From Clostridiales bacterium (GTDB taxonomy: Bacteria; Actinomycetota; Coriobacteriia; Anaerosomatales; SLCP01), in assembly GCA_018333995.1 (NCBI GenBank), contig JAGXSG010000032.1, forward strand, positions 204 through 64,203: a stretch of 64,000 bases of DNA, written 5' to 3'. The notes under the pieces were generated by a model, which ran no database searches, was not told the DNA's origin, and saw nothing but the letters and a program-made list of their open reading frames with translations. Positions 35,075-44,897 of this stretch are shown in pieces. The first letter of the stretch is position 1, and every line of letters starts with the position of its first letter. The position numbers were made by a program, and so were the translations under genes.

Positions 35075-37486
35075 TCACCGGCCGAGAGCGATCCTTACCT
35101 GACCCCGAACGTAGTCGGAGATCGCAGAGGGGCCTCCTACGAAGGTGCAGCTGAGCTGATCGCCACGTCGGCCCACGAGGTAGTCCGCGACGGGGTCAGA
35201 GCCACCGATCTCTTCGCCGTCGATGAGTACGACCATGCGACCCTCTTTGCCCGCCACGGGGCCGAGCGCGAGCGCATCGGGCCAGTTGCGACCGGTCACG
35301 AAGTAGAGGTTCGCATCGTCCATGCCCGAGAGGGCCACACCAAAGTCGGCCGCGAGCAAGGCGGTCTCGTAGCGGCCGCCACCTGCGAGACGAGTGTTGA
35401 CATTCGTGGCCCCGTCACGGACGCCCGGCACGCGATGGCCGGCGGACTCGAGCCACTCTTCGACCGTCGTACTGACCGCCGCGGTTCCGCCGATGATCGT
35501 CACGTGCTCAACCTTTAACGTTTTGAGCGCCTCTTGGATATCGACGGGTATCGATCCAACGCGCACCGGAAGGATCGGAACGCGCGCTGCCGCAGCGAGT
35601 GAGCCGATCGCGAGAGCGTCGGGGTAGTTCTGTCCACTCACCACGAACGCGGTGCGGGCGAAGACACCTTCATTGGGAGTGCCGACCCTCTCGGCGATCG
35701 CCCGGGCTGTCCCGAAGCGGTCGTTTCCCGCGATCCTGTCGACCGTCACCGCGACTCCGGCAGCGGACAGCGATCGGACCGCCTCGGCAATAACCGGCGA
35801 CGGGACGGCATTTTCTCCGCCAACAACAACTAGCACGCCGCTCGCGCGTCCGTTAAACAGGCGGCGAAGCTCAGCCAAGATGCCCGCCGTCAGGGCCGTC
35901 CGGGGTACGAGCAACACGGGCGCGTCGAGTGCTCCAGCAAGCGGGGCGGCAGCGAGAGCGTCAGGATAGTCAGTGCCCGTGGCAAGCACGACCGACCTGC
36001 TAGCAGCAACACCTGTCGGCCAGCCCTGCTGCGACAGGCGCACGCCCGTTTCGTATCGATCAGTTCCTGCCAGCCTCGTTCCGATGACCGGACGGTTGCT
36101 AGCCCCGACAAGCGTCTGTTGGCCCAGTCGTGCGCCCGACATACGCGAGCCGCTCGATTCGATATGAAGCATGCGCTCGGCACCGACCCACCCGTTACGG
36201 AAGTAGTCAAAATACTGGTACGACATCCGGATACTCCACGTCCCTGCGCGCGGATTCTGAAGGGGCACTGTGTAGCTCTTGTGCGTGTATGACCACTCGG
36301 GAGGGAGCGAACACAGATTGTCATATGCCTGCCCCGAGTAGACGAGCGTGCCGGCAGGGTCTCTTACTTCGATTCTCAATGGACCTCTGAGGGAAACCCC
36401 GCCCGTATTGCGAACGGTCTGATCGACATAGAGCGTTTCGCGCGTGTACCAGGCGGATCCAGTCATCTCGACCGCCTTGCGCAGGTGGGTATAGCCGCCC
36501 GGGCTCCCCGCCCATCTGACCGAGTTTACGAGCACGCGCCTGGCCACGCTTGCCGTGCGGGCGTCCGCCGCCCACCCCTCACTGATGAGGTCGTGCATAT
36601 GGAATCCAAAGTAGACGAAACGGCCGAAATAGTACTCCGCTGTCCATCCCGCAAGATGACCGGACTCGGCGTCATCCGCAGGCGTCCCGTTCACAAGCGT
36701 GTTGTAGCGGTAGAGAGGGGTAACGTTTCTCACCCCCGGCATCGTGTAGATAATCTCGTTGTAACGGTTGGGTTTGTCGACGAGCAGGCGCGACTCTCCG
36801 GTCGAAAATCCGTTAGTCAGTATCCAATGCGAACCTGTGTGCTCAAGATGATATGGACCTGAAATGAGCGGATCATTTCGAAACTTGACGTTGTATATCT
36901 CGGATATCTCGCCCCATTCCCAGGGCTTGAGCGCGGCGGAGCTCGGCGGCCATGTGTAGACTCCGGGATGACCGTGCATGCCCAAAAACGGCAGGTAACC
37001 GAATCTGTAGGAGGGATCGGCGTCCCAGCGAGACAGGGCAAAGCTGCCGACGATTCCCCCGCCTTCACTCGCATACGCCCTGATGGCGGTTCGCTGAGCA
37101 GGAGTCGTCGCAAGCGTCATCGTAAAGACAAGCACGTCGAACTGTTTCAAGGTCGCAAGTGACGCTAGGTCCGCGTCGTTGACGTACGCACTCACGAACC
37201 CGTGCGAATCGAGGAGCCTCTTTACTTGATCGACGCGGAAGTCGTAGTGAGTGTTAAGCGGGGTGCCGCTCAGATAGTCTCGGGTGTCGGCGGCGGCTTG
37301 CGTGCGCACAATGCCTACCCGCACCCCGGATGGATGCGTGACTGCGGGCTCAGCGGCGGCGAGCAGTGTGCCGGAGTACGCGGATCCGCGATCCGCGTCC
37401 AGGGCCACGGCGACACCGGTGCCCCCCTGTGCCCCCTGCAAGATCACCACAGCCGCGATCGCGACACTCAGCACGCGCTTGAACAT
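35075..37486 (-). CDS. Secreted cell-wall-associated protein: unknown ~470-aa N-terminal domain + three C-terminal CWB2 (cell wall binding repeat 2) modules
   Basis: Signal peptide MFKRVLSVAIAAVVILQGAQG. Three repeats begin RLAGTDRYETGV, RIAGNDRFGTAR and RLAGGGRYETAL, each with a ...YPDALA... core. Confidence 0.8.
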   Translation of the reverse strand: MFKRVLSVAIAAVVILQGAQGGTGVAVALDADRGSAYSGTLLAAAEPAVTHPSGVRVGIVRTQAAADTRDYLSGTPLNTHYDFRVDQVKRLLDSHGFVSAYVNDADLASLATLKQFDVLVFTMTLATTPAQRTAIRAYASEGGGIVGSFALSRWDADPSYRFGYLPFLGMHGHPGVYTWPPSSAALKPWEWGEISEIYNVKFRNDPLISGPYHLEHTGSHWILTNGFSTGESRLLVDKPNRYNEIIYTMPGVRNVTPLYRYNTLVNGTPADDAESGHLAGWTAEYYFGRFVYFGFHMHDLISEGWAADARTASVARRVLVNSVRWAGSPGGYTHLRKAVEMTGSAWYTRETLYVDQTVRNTGGVSLRGPLRIEVRDPAGTLVYSGQAYDNLCSLPPEWSYTHKSYTVPLQNPRAGTWSIRMSYQYFDYFRNGWVGAERMLHIESSGSRMSGARLGQQTLVGASNRPVIGTRLAGTDRYETGVRLSQQGWPTGVAASRSVVLATGTDYPDALAAAPLAGALDAPVLLVPRTALTAGILAELRRLFNGRASGVLVVVGGENAVPSPVIAEAVRSLSAAGVAVTVDRIAGNDRFGTARAIAERVGTPNEGVFARTAFVVSGQNYPDALAIGSLAAAARVPILPVRVGSIPVDIQEALKTLKVEHVTIIGGTAAVSTTVEEWLESAGHRVPGVRDGATNVNTRLAGGGRYETALLAADFGVALSGMDDANLYFVTGRNWPDALALGPVAGKEGRMVVLIDGEEIGGSDPVADYLVGRRGDQLSCTFVGGPSAISDYVRGQVRIALGR

Positions 37487-37593
37487 CGTGTACGGTTCCC
37501 TTCATGTTCCGATTCACCCACTTAGAGTGTATCGGCAGGATGCGCGACCAAGTGCACCTGGGTCGGACGAGTGGCTGCTCACGTGCGGCCCTC

Positions 37594-38688
37594 CTAAACG
37601 CACGCGCTCCCAATTGCCTCAAGCAGCTCCGCGGCCTTGGTGCGGGTGCCGTGTCCACGCGCCGCGGCAATGCACCGCTCCCGGTAGGTGTCTGGCCCCT
37701 CGGCAAGCACGTGCGCAAGCCCCTTCGCCAGCGCGTCCGCGTCACCTGGCTCTACGAGCACACCGGTCTTTCCGGTGAGCACTTCCGGCACGCCTCCCAC
37801 TTTGCTAGCGACACACGGCGTTCCGCATGCCATCGCCTCGAGGAGCACGAGGCCAAGTCCTTCGTTTCTGCTCGGCAGGGCGAGGACATCGGCGGCGGCC
37901 ATCCACTGGGCGACCTGTTGCTGTTCCATGTAGCCCGTAAGCGTCACCAGACCGGCCACATCGGCGTTCTCTGCCCAACGGCGCACGCTCCCTTCGAGCG
38001 AGCCGCACCCCACGATCACGAGCCGATCTGCGAGATTATCCGCCACGAGCCTTTCAAACGCCGCCTGCAAGACATCGATCCCTTTGGTCGGCACGAGATT
38101 GCCTACGAACAAGATGATCCGCTCGGTAGCAGCAAGCCCAAGCGCACGACGCGCATGGGGGTCGGGCACAAACACGTCTTCATCGATTCCCATGTGGATC
38201 GGCACTACGGGGATGCTCTCGGGCACGCCGAGATCGTCCCTGACAGTACGGGCAAGCGCCCGGGACACCGTCACTACAAGGTCCGCCGAGCGTAGCGCCC
38301 GTCTGGCCGCCCACGCGAAAGGATCCTTGCGGTGCACGGAGCGAACATCCGTGCCATGAACGACGAGCACAAGCGGAGACCCTATTGAGCGGGCGGCTAC
38401 ACGTGCGATCGCCGCTGTCGGATACAGGTAGTGACCGATCACCGCATCGTAGGACCTGCCGCTCGCGCCGGCGCGAACCCGACGCAGTAGCCGAGCGTAC
38501 TTGAGCGTGCTGGAAACCGCCCCGGGGTGCGGATCCTCGTTGGCGATGACCTCGACGTCAGCACCACACCTTCGCAGGGCGTCCACGTTCCTGGCGACGA
38601 ATCCGCCGAACACCGGGTGAGCCTCGCTCGGCCACATGTTCGAGACTACAAGGAGTCGCAAATGTGTGTGCGCCGCTTGGCGTGTCAC
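37594..38688 (-). CDS. Glycosyltransferase family 4 (GT-B, retaining)
   Basis: Contains LPSRNEGLGLVLLEAMACGTPCVASKVGGVPEV (the EX7E region). The GTG start overlaps the upstream stop (GTGA). Confidence 0.85.
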   Translation of the reverse strand: MTRQAAHTHLRLLVVSNMWPSEAHPVFGGFVARNVDALRRCGADVEVIANEDPHPGAVSSTLKYARLLRRVRAGASGRSYDAVIGHYLYPTAAIARVAARSIGSPLVLVVHGTDVRSVHRKDPFAWAARRALRSADLVVTVSRALARTVRDDLGVPESIPVVPIHMGIDEDVFVPDPHARRALGLAATERIILFVGNLVPTKGIDVLQAAFERLVADNLADRLVIVGCGSLEGSVRRWAENADVAGLVTLTGYMEQQQVAQWMAAADVLALPSRNEGLGLVLLEAMACGTPCVASKVGGVPEVLTGKTGVLVEPGDADALAKGLAHVLAEGPDTYRERCIAAARGHGTRTKAAELLEAIGSACV

Positions 38689-39134
38689 TCGGCGTCAACA
38701 ACCCGCATCTCAGTGATTATCCCGCTGAACTGGACGAGCGGGGTCAGGTATCTGGTGTCGTTGTTGACGTAGACGATCTCGTCTTCGAATAGGTAGCCCT
38801 GCTCGGTCGCAACGGCCTGTCCCTTGATCGTGACATTGATGTCGACAGTAATAGGCGAACGTGTTTCGCGCAGCACGCCAGCGCTATCGGGTACCGCTAT
38901 TCGTGATTGCTCAACGTCAACGCCGGTTATCGTGCCGAGCACGGTTCCGCTCTCCCTGATCCGAACCGTATCGCCCACGCGAAACGACTGCTCGGTAGGA
39001 GGTGTCGCCCCGCGCACCAGCAGCTGCAACTCCATGGGCTCAGGGGTCCCGGTAGAGGCTCGAGGGCCGCATCCCGCAACCACCAATACCGCACACACGA
39101 CGATCATCCCGAAGATCCTGCTCACAACGGTCAC
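38685..39134 (-). CDS. DUF4330-like small exported/lipoprotein, paralogue A
   Basis: GTG at 39134 (GGAG RBS) overlaps the stop of the polymerase-like gene. Lipobox VVAGCG. Contains FRVGDTVRI...LGTITGVDVEQ...DINVTIKG, paralogous to 40428..40889. Confidence 0.55.
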   Translation of the reverse strand: MTVVSRIFGMIVVCAVLVVAGCGPRASTGTPEPMELQLLVRGATPPTEQSFRVGDTVRIRESGTVLGTITGVDVEQSRIAVPDSAGVLRETRSPITVDINVTIKGQAVATEQGYLFEDEIVYVNNDTRYLTPLVQFSGIITEMRVVDAE

Positions 39135-40438
39135 CTCGGCTCCAAAGTCGAATACAACGACGGTACACGGCGCACGATGAATGCGTCCACTACACAAACG
39201 AACACGGCGAGCGCGATGAACGCAATGGTGTTTGGATTGTGCACCCCTGCATTCACGCCGTTGATGACGTAGCTCGCCAGGATCACGAACGGGGGTATCA
39301 ACCACGGCGCCCCCGTACTCCGCGCCTGCAGGTAGCCAAAGAGCAATCCCAACAGCAGCATCTGGCCCACGACGCCGGGGACACCCCAGTCGGCGTATGG
39401 AGCGCCGAGAAGCGTGGGAGCGAGACTCACCGACCGCTCGATGCGCTGCCCTCCGATATCGAACGCCTCCCGTCCACCGAGATACCGCCCGAGCTGGTAG
39501 TTCGCATACTCACTGTCCAGGCCAGGTATCAGCGCGAGAGCGCTGTCCTTGAGAAGCACGCCGCCGTACACACCAGTCACGGGGGTCATGCGGACTATGC
39601 GATCAAGGTTATACGTAGTACCCGCGCTGTCCGCGTACGTGAGCGCGACCGGGACCTTCCACGTAGCGGCCAGGCCATAGATTCCCGACTTCGAAACGGC
39701 TCCTATGACGCCCATGGCAAGCACCAGCATTAGAAAGAACGCCACTCCAGCTTTGAGCATTGTTCGCGGCTTGAGCACAAACCCCAGGCCAAGGAATGCC
39801 GAGATAATCAGCTTGGCGGGCAGGTGCCGGGCACCGAGCAGTCCGAGAGAAGCGACCGTAACCCCAAAAAGTGCAGCCGCGAGAATCCGCTGTCCTCGAG
39901 TGCGCGCAAACACGAACAGTCCTGGAACAAACATGATGTTGAGTGCGGCGATAAACACGAGCACGGGACTCTGCTGCCAGCGCGTCGCGATGTCAAACAG
40001 GCTCGCGCGCCCAATATAGAGCTGAAGTGCATTGGCCGAAAACGCGAGAGCCCACCCGGCGAGCATAATAGTGAAACCGAAACCATATCTTTTGAAGAGA
40101 ACACACGAGCCAATCCGTTCCCAGAGCATCCTGGCGCGGGCATCGATGCCCCCGCTGGCGGACGATCCCGCGACTTTGGACATCCGTCGGGCCAGACGCG
40201 CACCCAACAGGTTGCCAAGGACGAGAAGCAGGGCCCCGTACGCATAGAGGAGGACCGTGTGAATCGTGGGTTGGTAACCGATCATCCTCAAGCCAAGATT
40301 CATGAGCTCCCAGTAGACGAACTCGTAGATATCGCTTAGCCCCAGGAGAAAGTACACGGTGTAGACGTAGAGCAGCACCGCAAAGGGTGAGAAAAGTCTG
40401 TTCGGGTGCGACGAAATACCGTGAGTCTTAACGAACAT
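39131..40438 (-). CDS. Wzy-like oligosaccharide repeat-unit polymerase (polytopic membrane protein)
   Basis: About 10-12 TM segments with a large extracytoplasmic loop in the C-terminal third. The context is a glycan locus. The family assignment comes from architecture and N-terminal pattern only. The start is ATG 40438 or TTG 40450. Confidence 0.5.
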   Translation of the reverse strand: MFVKTHGISSHPNRLFSPFAVLLYVYTVYFLLGLSDIYEFVYWELMNLGLRMIGYQPTIHTVLLYAYGALLLVLGNLLGARLARRMSKVAGSSASGGIDARARMLWERIGSCVLFKRYGFGFTIMLAGWALAFSANALQLYIGRASLFDIATRWQQSPVLVFIAALNIMFVPGLFVFARTRGQRILAAALFGVTVASLGLLGARHLPAKLIISAFLGLGFVLKPRTMLKAGVAFFLMLVLAMGVIGAVSKSGIYGLAATWKVPVALTYADSAGTTYNLDRIVRMTPVTGVYGGVLLKDSALALIPGLDSEYANYQLGRYLGGREAFDIGGQRIERSVSLAPTLLGAPYADWGVPGVVGQMLLLGLLFGYLQARSTGAPWLIPPFVILASYVINGVNAGVHNPNTIAFIALAVFVCVVDAFIVRRVPSLYSTLEPR

Positions 40439-40889
40439 CGATCTTCGCAATCCGTCCCCGCAGCTGATACTCCCTGCTCACGACTGTGAACGGCATGCCC
40501 ACCTGCACGACTTGACTCCCGATCGCTATGACCTCGGCGCTCTCGCGCCCCCGTGTTGCGATGACGAGTGTAATCTCCCGGGTGAGCGGATCCTCCGAAA
40601 CCCGCATCACTCCAGAATAGTCAGGATTGGCTCTCATCATCGGACCAACAGAGACTTCCGTAATCTCGCCAACGTACATAGCCGCTGGATCACTGAATAC
40701 CGAATCACCTACTCGTACCGTATCGGCGAGCTCGGGATGTGCGCTCGGCACGATCACCACCATGCGGACCTCGCGCCATTCGCTCAGGTCGGCCCCGACA
40801 CCAAACGCCATGAACGCGGCGGCGGCGGCCAGCGCAACAACCGAAAGTACGGCGATAGCCAGGGTCGTCCAATCGCGGGGGGGATTCAT
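40428..40889 (-). CDS. DUF4330-like membrane-anchored protein, paralogue B
   Basis: ATG at 40889. One N-terminal TM segment. Contains VRVGDSVF...YVGEITEVSVGP...ITLVIATRG, paralogous to 38685..39134. Confidence 0.55.
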   Translation of the reverse strand: MNPPRDWTTLAIAVLSVVALAAAAAFMAFGVGADLSEWREVRMVVIVPSAHPELADTVRVGDSVFSDPAAMYVGEITEVSVGPMMRANPDYSGVMRVSEDPLTREITLVIATRGRESAEVIAIGSQVVQVGMPFTVVSREYQLRGRIAKIDVR

Positions 40890-40979
40890 CCGTGAACTCC
40901 AGTTCGACGAGTCTAGAAAGTGACTATCCACGCGCATCGAGCCGATGCGCGCGAAACAATAATGCCACTCAAGCACGCA

Positions 40980-43274
40980 CTATTCCAATGCGCGCTCGAT
41001 CGATGCCTCCACGCCATTTCCAAGAGCACCCGGACCGCCGAGCATACGTACCGCCGTCACCTGGGCCGAGCGAGCGCGTAGCGCATCCGCCGATGAGTCG
41101 GGCAGCGCGTGAGTTCTGGCAAAGAAGATCGAGTGGCGCCATCCGCCAGCGAGCGGGGCGGCGGCGAGGGCGTCAAGAAGGCTCAACCCTGAAGCGACGT
41201 ACGATATCTCTCGTCTGAAACTCTCGTTTGCGACCGCCCACTCCGCGACTCTGACGGCGGTCTCATACCGGTCAGACCCTTGCGCCACCCGCAGCGGAGC
41301 TTGAAGAGATGCTACGACGTCGTCTGACACTGCGCCAGCTCCGCCAACCACCAGCGTGCGCGTGATCGCTGGCCTGTCGAGGACCGCCGCTGACTCGGCA
41401 GGTATAGATGCGGATCTTACGGGAATGATCGGGATTCTGCGCGCATACGCAACGGGAGATACCGCCAACGCGTCGACCAGGGTCTCGCCATTTACCACAA
41501 AGACACGGTCTGACGGTCCGTTCATCTGCTCGATACGATCCGCAAGCAAGGCCGCGGTCCCGTAGCGGTTTTCGCCTCCGATACGCTCGACGCTCTCAGG
41601 AGCTGAGAGCGTCGGCAGCATCCTCAGCTCATCGACCACCGCCTCACCAACCGCGCGATTTCCACCGATCACATACACTCGTGACGCACCGAGACGCTCG
41701 ATCTCAGCCTGGGTCGCCTCGCTGAGCCGACCCGGATCGGTCAGCAGGATCGGTGCCCCATGCACAGAGCCGTTAGGCAAAGACGCAGCGAACGCCGATG
41801 CCGCCAGCGCGTCGGCGGGTGCCGAGCCTCCCACGAGGACCACGCTCTGCGCTGATCCAAAAGCCCGTTTGCTCACCTCAACCGCTGTGCCATAGCGATC
41901 AGGACCGGCAATCCGCGAAGATCTGGGATTGACGTATATCCATGTCGTGTTCCATGTGCCGTTCGAGACCCCTGTGCGAAGCCGTCTCACATCTGACTGG
42001 GCAGTGAACGTCCTGTGATCACCAGCCGAGCTGAGCAACTGAAACGCGAGCACCCTCCCAGAAACGCCCCGCTGCAACACACGCACCCCGGTGATCACGC
42101 CAGGAAGCTGTGCGCTCGTAAATCCCGCGGCCAGGAGTCTGGAACGTAGCTGAGTCGCGGTCAATCGGATATCCGCGAGAGTGTGACTCGGTGAACCAGC
42201 GAGGTGCTCGTAGGGGTCCGGCACACCGCGAACATAGGGCAGGGCGGCCGACCATACGTTCTCGCTGTTTTCCGTGAACCCTCCGGATGTTGAGAAGAAG
42301 TATGTCGCAACCGGCGACCCTAGATGCGTGACAACCCTGTTACGGGTCGCGTCAACCTCGGCGTCACTGTGCCAATCGCCGCCCACACCAGGAGACGTCT
42401 CATTGTGGCGAACGGGATGACCATTCAGCCAGCGACCCCATCCGTTGTAGACCTGGCTTTGCGTCGTGCACCACACGTCGAACGCAGCCGTTGGCCGCTT
42501 GCTCGTGAACGCATACGAACGAGCCGCCACGGCTTGCGCTTTGACTACCTCGGTCGGCCAAGATGCCGGTACCTCGCGTGGAACGACACACTTCACGTAA
42601 TCCTCAAGCTGTACCAGGTTGCGAAGGTGCAACTCGTCAGCGGCGCTCCCCGATCCTCGGTCGAGGCGAATCCACCCCGGGTACAACACGTTGGTCCATG
42701 ACTGCGGTCCGCTCGCCTCGTGCACACGCGTCAATCCTGTGAACAGGGGCTTGGTCGTGTCCCGTTCCCAAAGATGCACCCAAGACGTGTCGAGCAGCGT
42801 GACCACAGCGGCTCCGGAGTTGACATCCGTGATCGTGACAGCGCTGGTCGAACCGCCGGTGGAAACTCGGTAGGTGACACCTTGTTTCAGGCGGATATGC
42901 TCAGCGCCGCCCCTGCCGGACCAGTCGAGCCACAGCGGCGCCTGATGCGCGGTAAAGGTCCACGAGCGCGCCGGAATATCCGTCGCTTGCAGCGCGACGC
43001 GAATTGTGTTCCCTTCGGGCACACTCCCGAGCGCCGTGCCAGTATAGTAGTGCCGCAGGATTGCATCGAACGAGTAGCCCTGCAGCGCAAAGCCGCGGGC
43101 GCCAAACTGGCTCATGCCCACCCCATGGCCGTTTCCACGGCCACGGAATGTGAACTCCGTCTCAGCCAGAGCGGCAACCGGCATGGACGCCGCGACGAGA
43201 ATCGCAAGTGCGACGGTTATGATCAACCTGATCGGGGCTGTGCGCCAATCGGCGCTGCGAGGCTGCTTCAACAT
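40980..43274 (-). CDS. SpoIID/LytB domain protein fused to three C-terminal CWB2 cell-wall-binding repeats
   Basis: The ATG at 43274 has a GGAGGG RBS and is followed by a signal peptide. SpoIID signature FRGRGNGHGVGMSQFGARGFA and FSTSGGFTENSENVW. CWB2 repeats begin RIAGPDRYGTAV, RIGGENRYGTAA and GSDRYETAVRV. Confidence 0.85.
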   Translation of the reverse strand: MLKQPRSADWRTAPIRLIITVALAILVAASMPVAALAETEFTFRGRGNGHGVGMSQFGARGFALQGYSFDAILRHYYTGTALGSVPEGNTIRVALQATDIPARSWTFTAHQAPLWLDWSGRGGAEHIRLKQGVTYRVSTGGSTSAVTITDVNSGAAVVTLLDTSWVHLWERDTTKPLFTGLTRVHEASGPQSWTNVLYPGWIRLDRGSGSAADELHLRNLVQLEDYVKCVVPREVPASWPTEVVKAQAVAARSYAFTSKRPTAAFDVWCTTQSQVYNGWGRWLNGHPVRHNETSPGVGGDWHSDAEVDATRNRVVTHLGSPVATYFFSTSGGFTENSENVWSAALPYVRGVPDPYEHLAGSPSHTLADIRLTATQLRSRLLAAGFTSAQLPGVITGVRVLQRGVSGRVLAFQLLSSAGDHRTFTAQSDVRRLRTGVSNGTWNTTWIYVNPRSSRIAGPDRYGTAVEVSKRAFGSAQSVVLVGGSAPADALAASAFAASLPNGSVHGAPILLTDPGRLSEATQAEIERLGASRVYVIGGNRAVGEAVVDELRMLPTLSAPESVERIGGENRYGTAALLADRIEQMNGPSDRVFVVNGETLVDALAVSPVAYARRIPIIPVRSASIPAESAAVLDRPAITRTLVVGGAGAVSDDVVASLQAPLRVAQGSDRYETAVRVAEWAVANESFRREISYVASGLSLLDALAAAPLAGGWRHSIFFARTHALPDSSADALRARSAQVTAVRMLGGPGALGNGVEASIERALE

Positions 43275-43398
43275 GACTGCGAACCCTCCTGGATCGATCC
43301 GGTGCTCGCCGGGCCCGTACCGGCGCACCCAAGCGCATGGTAGCAGACCACGCGTTGCGGGAACAGGCGACGAGTACAGGCGTGGAGAACAAAACCGC

Positions 43399-44757
43399 TT
43401 AGTGCTCCAGTGCCTGCCGTTCCGGAGATCGCGCCCCTCCAGGACCGACGAGCACGACAACGTCGGCTCGCCGCGAGATGGCTGAGCTTTCCCTCATCAC
43501 CGGCCAATCTCCAAGCACGTGCGCTATGAGGGCAGCCTCCTCAGCATGGGTGGCGCTCCGATAGATGACCGCCGAGCGACCCCCCACCCCTTCCATGTCA
43601 GAGAGCACCTCGGCCACCGAGAATCCGCGTTGCTCGATCCTCCCGGCAAACCTACGTGCGACCCCGTCGATCTCAGTCCCGTTAACCACGGCGATCGAGA
43701 AATCAAGATCGGTGCCGAGAATCTCCTCCTCGGCAGGGAGTTCGCCTCTTTGCAGGGCGTCGGCGAGCGCAATAAGCGCGCCCTCATCAGGAAGCACGTA
43801 GCTGACCCCGCCTCTGGAACCAGTCGAAGAAGGAATCGTGTAGCCCTTGATGTTCCCTTCATCGAGGCCTTGGAACATCTGCGCCAGATCGAGGAGTTCC
43901 CGAATCGACATGTCCGTATCGATATGTGTCGCGATCGAGGACGCGACGCCGGGGAGCTTCGTGATTCTTGCGGGCTCAAGCGCCTGCCGAATGAACTCGA
44001 TCATAAATGTCTGTTGGTTGCGCATCCGGGTGTAGTCGCCATCCGCGAACGACCTGCTCCGTACAAACGTCAGCGCACGCGCTCCGTCGAGCGTCTGCTC
44101 GCCAGCACCGATCCTGGACGCTGAGCGAACGTAGTCGGCGGCTTTGGGATCGTAGATCGAACGCTCCACGTCGATCGTGATTCCCCCCATCGCGTCTACT
44201 CCGTGCTTGAAACCCTCGAAATCGATCTCCAAATAGTGATCGACCGGCAGACCAGTTAGATCGCGCACCGTACGGATCATCAGGGCGGCGCCGCCAAACG
44301 CAGTGGCCGAGTTGATCTTGTTGACTCCATACCCTGGGATATTCACTCGTGTGTCTCGGGGTATCGACACCATCGCCACCGTTCGCCGCTCAGGATCGAG
44401 TCTCGCGAGTATGATCGTATCTGCGCGCGCCCTGGACTCACCCGGCCGCGCGTCGCTACCCAACAAGAGCACCCACAGCGGCCCAGGACCGCTCTCCGGC
44501 TGCTGTGATTCACTCGCGGAGAGCGCATCGGTGATCGCCTGCGCCTCTTCGCCAGCAGGCTTGATGCGCTCCGTCAGACTCCAGTACGTGTAGCCTGCCC
44601 ACACCATCACGCCACCGAGAGCAGCCGCGACAACGATGAGCGTGATACCTGCCGCACGGCGCAACGTCCGGCTTCTGCGCCTAGCCGCGCCCCGGCGCCG
44701 CCGGCTCCGCGGCAAAGCGCCTTCGTTGCTCACTATGTCTCCGTCCCTGCGTCTCAT
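43399..44757 (-). CDS. LCP (LytR-CpsA-Psr) family glycopolymer ligase with C-terminal LytR_C domain
   Basis: Arg-rich cytoplasmic tail and one TM segment. Contains LLLGSDARPGESRARADTIILARLD, SIPRDTRV and a C-terminal LytR_C-like domain. Confidence 0.9.
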   Translation of the reverse strand: MRRRDGDIVSNEGALPRSRRRRGAARRRSRTLRRAAGITLIVVAAALGGVMVWAGYTYWSLTERIKPAGEEAQAITDALSASESQQPESGPGPLWVLLLGSDARPGESRARADTIILARLDPERRTVAMVSIPRDTRVNIPGYGVNKINSATAFGGAALMIRTVRDLTGLPVDHYLEIDFEGFKHGVDAMGGITIDVERSIYDPKAADYVRSASRIGAGEQTLDGARALTFVRSRSFADGDYTRMRNQQTFMIEFIRQALEPARITKLPGVASSIATHIDTDMSIRELLDLAQMFQGLDEGNIKGYTIPSSTGSRGGVSYVLPDEGALIALADALQRGELPAEEEILGTDLDFSIAVVNGTEIDGVARRFAGRIEQRGFSVAEVLSDMEGVGGRSAVIYRSATHAEEAALIAHVLGDWPVMRESSAISRRADVVVLVGPGGARSPERQALEH

Positions 44758-44897
44758 ACACCCTGCCTACTGCGACAACAGCCGGAAGCATAGCGAACCC
44801 CACGCCCGGCGGCCATACTCTACTCAACCACCGTGACCTTCCCGTAACCGTGGCAGACCCGGTCGCCGAAACCAATCACATCTACCGACAACACACG

